DNA of 64,000 nt from the IMG/VR virus record IMGVR_UViG_3300045806_000017, positions 7,975-71,974 of that record. One strand, 5' to 3'. The position numbers and the translations under genes were made by a program. The stretch comes from a virus. The notes under the pieces were generated by a model. That model worked only from the letters and a program-made list of their open reading frames with translations, ran no database searches and was not told the DNA's origin. The stretch's first letter is position 1, and every line of letters begins with the position of its first letter. Below are positions 57,380-64,000 of the stretch, piece after piece.

Positions 57380-58365
57380 TGACACAATATACAAACAATG
57401 AAGGTATTCCTTTAGCATTAACTGTATTATTCGTTAATGACTTATATGACCATTCTGATGAGCCTAACACTATATCTGTTACTACCTTACTTGATTCTGT
57501 AAGACAAATCATATTAGGCTTAAGAGCTACAGGTGAAGGTACTAAAGATGTATCTAATATGATAGCTAGTGCATATGGAACTGCTATCCATAGTGCTTTA
57601 GAAGAAGCATGGAAAGACCCTAAACAAGCATTACTATCTTTAGGTTATCCTGAAAGTGTAGTTAAGAGTGTTATGGTTAATCCAAGTGAATTAGATATAT
57701 TGGATCGTAAGGCTTATGGTCACAAGGTATTACCTGTATATCAAGAACAAAGAATTACTAAACAAATAGCTGGATGGAATGTAAGTGGTAAGTTTGACAT
57801 CATAATTGATGGAAGACTTAATGACTTAAAGAATAGAAAAGTTTGGGCATATCTTAACTCATCAAACGATAAGAAAGATATTCTTCAAGCTTCTATTTAC
57901 AGATGGCTAAACCAAGAGAAAGTAACTGAGGAAGATTTTAGTATCCTTTGGTTGTTCACAGATTGGAATAATCTTGAAACACTAAAGAATCCTTTATATC
58001 CTAAACAAAGATGGTTAGAACAAAAATTCAAACTATTAAGTATTCGAGAAACAGAACAGTATCTTAATAATAAACTTGCTTTGATAAGCAAGTATCTTTT
58101 TTCTACTGAAGAAGATTTACCCTTGTGTACTGATGAAGAGTTGTGGATGTCTAAGTCTGTTTGGAAGTATTATAAAAACAGAGATAAAATGAATAAATCG
58201 ACTAAGAATTTTGATAACTATCAAGATGCGTATATGCAGATGTGTAGAGATGGTTCTACTGGTGTGGTCAGGGAAGTTAAAAGTAAAGCAACTAGATGTT
58301 CTTATTGCTCTGCTACTTCAGTTTGTAGTCAATATAAGAGTCTTGTAAACCAAGGTCTTATTTAA
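57379..58365 (+). CDS. PD-(D/E)XK exonuclease (N4 gp42-like)
   Basis: ISVTTLL, GTAIH, SGKFD...DLK, Q.SIYRWLN, and C-terminal CSYC...C. Confidence 0.85.
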   Translation: MTQYTNNEGIPLALTVLFVNDLYDHSDEPNTISVTTLLDSVRQIILGLRATGEGTKDVSNMIASAYGTAIHSALEEAWKDPKQALLSLGYPESVVKSVMVNPSELDILDRKAYGHKVLPVYQEQRITKQIAGWNVSGKFDIIIDGRLNDLKNRKVWAYLNSSNDKKDILQASIYRWLNQEKVTEEDFSILWLFTDWNNLETLKNPLYPKQRWLEQKFKLLSIRETEQYLNNKLALISKYLFSTEEDLPLCTDEELWMSKSVWKYYKNRDKMNKSTKNFDNYQDAYMQMCRDGSTGVVREVKSKATRCSYCSATSVCSQYKSLVNQGLI

Positions 58366-58369
58366 TAAA

Positions 58370-58448
58370 TTTAAGTTAATCGTCTAGGATACTTAGGACA
58401 CTCGACTTTGCTTGAAAAACACTGGTTGTAAATCCAGTTTAGCTTAAA
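58370..58448 (+). ncRNA. Degenerate tRNA-like element
   Basis: Closing stem TTTAAGTTAA/TTAGCTTAAA; D-arm-like CGTCTAG..TAGGACAC; T-arm ACTGG-TTGTAAAT-CCAGT. Confidence 0.55.
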
Positions 58449-58456
58449 CTTTCACT

Positions 58457-58471
58457 GTGGCTTAACGCCAC
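58457..58471. promoter_or_regulatory. Hairpin family, copy 8
   Basis: GTGGC-TTAAC-GCCAC. Confidence 0.55.
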
Positions 58472-58598
58472 TAAATTCCCAAACATAAGAGAAGGATATT
58501 TATAAGTAATAAATATATTACTATTAAGCATAAGAATTTATATTCTTTAATATCTAATAATATAGATTTACAAAATCAACATAAAGAGAAATAACCGT

Positions 58599-58940
58599 AT
58601 GTCACTACAACAAGCATGGAGTTCCTGGTTCACAAAAATTTTTAAATCTAAAAAACCAATTGAAATAACTCAACCCAAGCTAAAACCTTATCGTAAACCA
58701 AGTGATACTACTAAACTAACAAAGCAAATGTTTGATTTTACACTTGATATGAAAGCTCAACAGGATGAGGATAATAAGAATATTGATAAATCTTACTATG
58801 TTACTACAGAAGAATTATGTGATTACTTAAACATGATTTTTGGTACTAGATTTAGTAGAAGTAAATTAACTCGTATCTGGACAGGTAAAGTAAATCGTGA
58901 AGATTTACTTGATGGAATTACATACAATATACCTTTTTAA
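58599..58940 (+). CDS. Hypothetical protein, possibly DNA-binding
   Basis: DTTKLT...LN..FG...SRS....IW pattern. Confidence 0.55.
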   Translation: MSLQQAWSSWFTKIFKSKKPIEITQPKLKPYRKPSDTTKLTKQMFDFTLDMKAQQDEDNKNIDKSYYVTTEELCDYLNMIFGTRFSRSKLTRIWTGKVNREDLLDGITYNIPF

Positions 58941-59186
58941 AGTAGGTAACTAATGGCATTAGCTTTACATAGTGCTTATAAACTTAAAATGCTAGAAGAT
59001 TTAATTAAAATAGGATAAGTCATGAAAGAAAAGTCTTACGAAGTAAAAAATTTACAACGAATTATTTCCTGTATTGAAAATGAACTTGAAGGTTACACAT
59101 TAGAAGAGATAGAAGAAATAAGTAATATTTTAGAATCTTGTACTACTTTGTGTGATGAAATTTTAGATAATCATTAGAGGAATATA

Positions 59187-61343
59187 ATGATAGATCTTAC
59201 AGAAAAAGAATACTTTCCTTTAGTAGAACAGATTGTAGATGCTCTATGTGTTTATACAAATAATCAAGATAGAAGTTTCTTTAGAAACAGTGTAATTTTT
59301 ATGTGTGGTATTGTAGCTTCTAGTATGAGAACTAAAGTGTTGTTTAGAGATAGAGGTAAACCTATTCCTGTAAACACTTATGTCGTCTCTTTAGCTGGAT
59401 CTGGTTATAACAAAGGAAGATCATTAAAGGTTTTAGAAGGGGAAATATTTAATCAATTTAGAGAGATTTTTCTTACACAAACCTTTCCAACTATCTCATC
59501 AGAGGAGATTGATAAATTAGCTACAAATCAAGCTTTATTAAAAAATACAGATTTTATTGAAGAGAAGGAAGCTCTTCAAGCAGATGTTAATGGAGCAGGA
59601 AACATTAAATTCTTTTTTGATTCAGGTACTCCTGAAGGAGCTAAACAACAAAGAAGAAAGATGGGTATCTGTAATGTTGGTGCATTAAATTTTGTCGGGG
59701 ATGAGTTAGCTAAAAACATTGTTAAAAATCAAGAAATGCTTTCTTTGTTTTTAGAATTATATGATACAGGTGAAGTTAAAGATAAACTTATAATGAACTC
59801 TTCTGATAAGAAAAGAGGAGAAGATTTATTCTTTAGAGTTCCTGCTAATATGCTTTTGTTTGGAACTCCAGCAAGATTACTTGATGGTTCTAAAACAGAA
59901 GATGCCTTATTTGACTTGTTTGATAATGGTTATGTTCGTAGATGTTTGTTTAGTTATGCAGTTAAAGATGTTCAACCGTGTAAACTTACAGCAGCAGAGA
60001 GATTTAACAAATCTACTGACCCAGAATTAGCTAACAAAATGCAGACAATAAGTAATATGTTAGGATTCTTAGCAGACCCTTTGTATTATGATAAAACCAT
60101 TGTTGCTTCAGATGAAGTGTGTATTTTACTCATTGAATACCAACAACATTGTGAAGAGTTAGCTTCTCAAGTCAATAAGTATGAAGATTTAGCAAGAACT
60201 GAAATAGAGCATAGATATTTCAATGTACTCAAATTATCAGGTATATTTGCTTTTATGATTAGATCACCTAAAGTAACTAAAGAAATCTTATTTGCAGCAA
60301 TTGCTTATGTAGAGGACTCTGGTAAAGCATTCAACGAAATTCTTAAAAGAGAACCAATCTATGTAAAACTGTGTAATTACTTATGTAACTGTAACAATGC
60401 AGTTACTAGAGTTGAGTTGTTAGAATCATTACCAATATTTAAAGGTACTGTTACACAGCAAAATGATTTGATTACTTTAGCTACAATTTATGGTTATAAA
60501 AATAACTCAATCATTAAAAAACACTTCATAGATGGTATTGAATTCCTTAAGGGAGAATCGTTAAAAGAAACCAATTTAGATAAACTCATCTTGGCTTGTT
60601 CTACTCAGTTAGCAGAGAACTATAACCCTGTAGTTAAGAATACTTCATGGAAAGATTTATACAAACTTACGCAGTTAGATGGTTATCATTGGATTAATCA
60701 TCACATGATAGATAACTACAGAAATGAGAAGAATGCTATACCTGGATTCAATATGGTTGTAATAGACATAGATGGTGATATAAGCCTTCCTACTGCTCAA
60801 TTACTGTTAAGGGAATACACTTACTTAACTTATACAACTAAACGCCATATAGAGGATTCTCATCGGTTTAGACTCATATTTCCTATAAGCCATGAGCTTA
60901 AATTAAATGCAGAAGACTTCACTGAGTTTATGCAAAATATATTTGCTTGGCTTCCATTCAAGGTCATTGATGATAAGACAGGTCAAAGAAGTAAAAAGTG
61001 GTTAAGTCATAAAGGTTCATATCATTATAATGATGGGATACTTTTAGATGCACTTCAGTTTATTCCTAAGACTGCTAAAGCAGAAGAACAAAAGAAAGTT
61101 ATCTTAGATACACAATCTTTAACTAACATAGAGAGATGGTTTCATAAACAAGCATCCGAGGGTAACAGAAGCAATAGTATTATTAAATATGCTCTTATGC
61201 TGGTAGATTCAGGCTTAGATGAAGAAACAATTCAAGCTAAAGTTTTAGAATTTAATAACAAATTATCTCATAAATTAGAGGAAACAGAAATTTTAGTAAC
61301 TATTATGCGTACTGTTATAAAAGCAATATCTAAAAGAAACTAA
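59187..61343 (+). CDS. DNA primase (N4 gp43-like)
   Basis: AGSGYNKG, FLELYD.G.VK.KL, MLLFGTP, VIDID, YTTKRH, RFRLIFP and C-terminal GNRSN. Confidence 0.9.
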   Translation: MIDLTEKEYFPLVEQIVDALCVYTNNQDRSFFRNSVIFMCGIVASSMRTKVLFRDRGKPIPVNTYVVSLAGSGYNKGRSLKVLEGEIFNQFREIFLTQTFPTISSEEIDKLATNQALLKNTDFIEEKEALQADVNGAGNIKFFFDSGTPEGAKQQRRKMGICNVGALNFVGDELAKNIVKNQEMLSLFLELYDTGEVKDKLIMNSSDKKRGEDLFFRVPANMLLFGTPARLLDGSKTEDALFDLFDNGYVRRCLFSYAVKDVQPCKLTAAERFNKSTDPELANKMQTISNMLGFLADPLYYDKTIVASDEVCILLIEYQQHCEELASQVNKYEDLARTEIEHRYFNVLKLSGIFAFMIRSPKVTKEILFAAIAYVEDSGKAFNEILKREPIYVKLCNYLCNCNNAVTRVELLESLPIFKGTVTQQNDLITLATIYGYKNNSIIKKHFIDGIEFLKGESLKETNLDKLILACSTQLAENYNPVVKNTSWKDLYKLTQLDGYHWINHHMIDNYRNEKNAIPGFNMVVIDIDGDISLPTAQLLLREYTYLTYTTKRHIEDSHRFRLIFPISHELKLNAEDFTEFMQNIFAWLPFKVIDDKTGQRSKKWLSHKGSYHYNDGILLDALQFIPKTAKAEEQKKVILDTQSLTNIERWFHKQASEGNRSNSIIKYALMLVDSGLDEETIQAKVLEFNNKLSHKLEETEILVTIMRTVIKAISKRN

Positions 61344-61399
61344 TTATATTTCTCCAGTATATATTATATACTGGTATTTTAAATTAGTTAGGTCATACA

Positions 61400-62017
61400 A
61401 TGAAAAGCAAAAAAGAATTTATAGGAAAAGTATTTGGTAAATTGTTAGGGATTGACATAGCAGAACCTCATATTTCACCTAATTTACGCAAACGTGCAAG
61501 AGGTACTTTTAAATGCTCCTGTGGTAACATAGTTATTAAAAATCTTTCAGATGTATATTCTGGATATACAAAATCTTGTGGGTGTACAAGAACTCCTCAA
61601 GAAGGTCGTGTAGGAACTTCAGAGTATAATATTTGGCTCGGTATGAGACAACGCTGTAACAACCCTACATCACACAAATATTATTTGTATGGTGCAAGAG
61701 GTATTATTATTGATTCTGCTTGGAAATCTTTTGATACTTTTTTACTTGATATGGGAAGAAGACCATCTATAAAACATTCTATAGAAAGAAAAGACACAAA
61801 TGGTAATTATTCTAAAGATAATTGTAAATGGGCAACAGCAAAAGAACAAAGTAATAATACACGATTTAACTCTAAATACACTTTAAATGGTATAGAGAAA
61901 AATTTACAAGAATGGGCAGATTTATATAGTATTCCTTCTAATACTTTATGTACTAGATTATCAAGAGGAATACCTTTTGAAACTGCTTTAATAATGAAAA
62001 AACATTCAAGACAATAA
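61400..62017 (+). mobile_element. Free-standing HNH homing endonuclease gene
   Basis: CSCG...TKSCGC; W.GMRQRC.NP; YGARGI; SIERKDTNGNYSKDNCKWAT.KEQ.NN. Confidence 0.9.
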
Positions 62018-62074
62018 GTCTTGACTACAATAATGAAGTCAGTTTTTAAAGCAATTGCTAAACGAGATAATTAA
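62018..62074 (+). pseudogene. Orphan duplicate of the primase 3' end
   Basis: Translates VLTTIMKSVFKAIAKRDN*, compared with the primase end ILVTIMRTVIKAISKRN*. Confidence 0.75.
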
Positions 62075-62082
62075 GGAGAGTA

Positions 62083-62799
62083 ATGATAAATAAAGTTATA
62101 TTACTAAGTGGTAAGAGTGCAACTGGTAAGAGTGCAAGCTTACAAAATTTAAAGAATCCTGAAGGTGTTCTTTATCTTAACTGTGAAGCAGGAAAACCAT
62201 TACCTTTCAATCATAAATTTAATGAAAGAGTAATTACTGATCCTCTTCATGTTCCTGGATATATTGAATCTTGGGAAAAGAAAGAGGATATACATACAAT
62301 CATAATTGATTCGTTATCTTTTATGATGGAACAATATGAATCACAATATGTTATTCCTGCAATTAATGGTATGAAAGCATGGGGTAACTATGCTCAGTTT
62401 TTTAAAACATTAATGCAAGATCAAGTAGCTAAATCAACTAAGAACATTGTATTTATCACTCACACAATGGATGTAGTTAATGAAGCTGAAATGATTAATG
62501 AAACAATGGCGACAGTTAAAGGTTCATTAAAAAATTTAGGATTAGAATCGTACTTCACAACAGTGATTAGTAGCAAGAAAGTTCAGCTTACTAAACTTAC
62601 AGCATATCAAAATCCATTGTTAGTAATAACAGAAGATGATGAGATTCTTGGGTTTAAGTATGTATTTCAAACCAAACTAACTAAGGATACGGTTAATGAA
62701 AGAATGAGAAGCCATCTTGGTTTATGGCGTAAAGAAGAAACGTATATCAACAATGACGCTCAGATAGTGTTAGATAGATTAAATGAATACTATAACTAA
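62083..62799 (+). CDS. AAA ATPase (N4 gp44/Sak4-like)
   Basis: GKSATGKS, YLNCEAGK.LPF, IIIDSL and VKGSLKN.GLESYF. Confidence 0.9.
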   Translation: MINKVILLSGKSATGKSASLQNLKNPEGVLYLNCEAGKPLPFNHKFNERVITDPLHVPGYIESWEKKEDIHTIIIDSLSFMMEQYESQYVIPAINGMKAWGNYAQFFKTLMQDQVAKSTKNIVFITHTMDVVNEAEMINETMATVKGSLKNLGLESYFTTVISSKKVQLTKLTAYQNPLLVITEDDEILGFKYVFQTKLTKDTVNERMRSHLGLWRKEETYINNDAQIVLDRLNEYYN

Positions 62800-62808
62800 G
62801 GAAAACAA

Positions 62809-63513
62809 ATGGCATTAGTAGAAAGTACAGGAACAGTTCAAGTAGTAGAAAAAGATACATTAGGTGGTGGTAAATTTACATTAGATTCTGGTGTATATGA
62901 ATTCACTATCAAATCTATGTATCCAGTAAAGAATAAAGGTGGTAGTACGTCTATGCAATTAGTATTAGAAACTGCTGATAAGAAACTCTTTAATCCAAGT
63001 ATTTACTTTATGGATAAAGATGGAAGTATGACTACAATCTCTAATTGGGGAGATACTAAAGGTAAGAAAGTTGATACCTTTGGTAAACAACAATTAGATG
63101 CTATTTGTCGTATGGCAATAGGTAAATCATTAGTGGAAGTCTCTAAATCTGAAGAAGAGAAAGTTGTTATCAAACAATTTACTAAAGATGAAAAAGTAAA
63201 AGTAATGATGTACATGGATGTCATTGGTAAGAAAGTAACTTTAGGTATCTTAGAAACTAGAGTTAATAAACAAGCTCAAGATGCTCAAGGTAAATATGTT
63301 CCTATCAATGAAGAACGTATTGAAAATACTATCTCTAAAATCTTCTCTGCTGAAGGATTTACTAAAGAAGAATTGGATAAGAAATTAGCTACTCCTATCT
63401 TTATTGAAGCTTGGAAAGAGAAGTTTGAAGGTAAGCTTCAAGATAAGTATAAAACTGTTGTTGGTGGAGCTGTAAGTGGTTCACCTACAGCTACAGAAAA
63501 CAAATTTGAGTAG
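62809..63513 (+). CDS. ssb: Single-stranded DNA-binding protein (N4 gp45-like)
   Basis: EKDTLGGG..LDSGVY; N.I.K.F; follows gp44. Confidence 0.8.
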   Translation: MALVESTGTVQVVEKDTLGGGKFTLDSGVYEFTIKSMYPVKNKGGSTSMQLVLETADKKLFNPSIYFMDKDGSMTTISNWGDTKGKKVDTFGKQQLDAICRMAIGKSLVEVSKSEEEKVVIKQFTKDEKVKVMMYMDVIGKKVTLGILETRVNKQAQDAQGKYVPINEERIENTISKIFSAEGFTKEELDKKLATPIFIEAWKEKFEGKLQDKYKTVVGGAVSGSPTATENKFE

Positions 63514-63530
63514 TTAGTTTACTTTTAATT

Positions 63531-63552
63531 AAAGGCTCTTAAATGAGCCTTT
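63531..63552 (+). terminator. Hairpin terminator
   Basis: AAAGGCTC-TTAAAT-GAGCCTTT. Confidence 0.65.
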
Positions 63553-63562
63553 ATGGAGCTTT

Positions 63563-63694
63563 ATGGCTAAAATAAATAAAGGTGTAATGTCTAGCGACAA
63601 ACAAGATTATGAAACTCCTTGGGTTATGCTTGTAATATTTGATAGTAAAACCAAACCAAACATTACTACTTGGAATTGTAGAAATCATGTATGA
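63563..63694 (+). pseudogene. Internally deleted remnant of a phage Dam-type N6-adenine methyltransferase
   Basis: MSSDKQDYETP (N-terminal signature) joined directly to MLVIF (C-terminal signature); no NPPY motif. Confidence 0.5.
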
Positions 63695-64000
63695 ACTAAA
63701 CGTACCTTTACACGTTTTAGTTGGTAAAAAGGTAATTAGGTTAAATCTAAACCATTATCGAAATATGAATTATCATATTCTGAACCAAGCTAAAATACAA
63801 TTCCAGAAAGAGGTACAACAACAAATATTTGCTTTACCTCAAATGAATAAAATTAAGATTCATTACACAATTTATTATAGAGATAAACGTAAATTTGACT
63901 TAGATAATATTGTTAGTGTAATAGCTAAATTTTTACAAGATAGTCTTGTTGGAGCAGGTATCATCGAAGATGATAACTATACAATAATTGTTGAATCTAG
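63687..64000 (+). CDS. rusA: RusA-like Holliday junction resolvase (truncated by the window)
   Basis: LNLNHYRN...DLDN....KF.QDSLV.AGII.DD. Confidence 0.85.
   Translation, partial: MYELNVPLHVLVGKKVIRLNLNHYRNMNYHILNQAKIQFQKEVQQQIFALPQMNKIKIHYTIYYRDKRKFDLDNIVSVIAKFLQDSLVGAGIIEDDNYTIIVES

Noticed and set aside
53500-58450. Canonical tRNA genes
   Set aside because: No element has a complete cloverleaf with a GTTC-RA T-loop and a 7-nt anticodon loop; these are reported as tRNA-like instead.
36447-63224. Minus-strand ORFs in the early/middle arm (e.g. 36447, 37328, 44789, 52231, 57897, 63003) and the plus-strand ORFs at 36683 and 39441
   Set aside because: They overlap well-supported genes or terminators and look like shadow frames.
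1-64000. Alternative genetic code (stop-codon reassignment)
   Set aside because: Core genes are intact in the standard code, and TAA, TAG and TGA all terminate genes; only one isolated in-frame TGA was noted.

Overview
This is most of an AT-rich N4-like (Schitoviridae-type) lytic phage genome, assembled across its termini. On the minus strand (33.7 kb down to 1) is the late arm: lysis genes, a tail-fibre cassette, the large terminase with a 141-aa mini-intein, portal, major capsid, ejection proteins and the giant virion RNA polymerase. The vRNAP ORF (6667 to <1) runs off the window and is missing from the ORF track. On the plus strand (34 kb to 64 kb) is the early/middle arm: small early cassettes, NADAR, peptide deformylase, two-subunit RNAP II, RNA ligase, class II RNR, a split family-A DNA polymerase, nucleotide-pool enzymes, exonuclease, primase, HNH, AAA ATPase, SSB and RusA. 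The most unusual signals are (1) a ~650-nt structured non-coding tract at 53.5-54.2 kb made of stem-closed units ending in TAAACCA (tRNA-like 3' ends), plus a degenerate tRNA-like element at 58.4 kb; (2) a family of eight co-varying intergenic hairpins whose minus-strand loops all read G..A; (3) a DNA polymerase split by two unrelated small ORFs; and (4) an HNH gene followed by a diverged duplicate of the primase C-terminus. All calls come from motif recognition and manual base-pairing; no database search was run.
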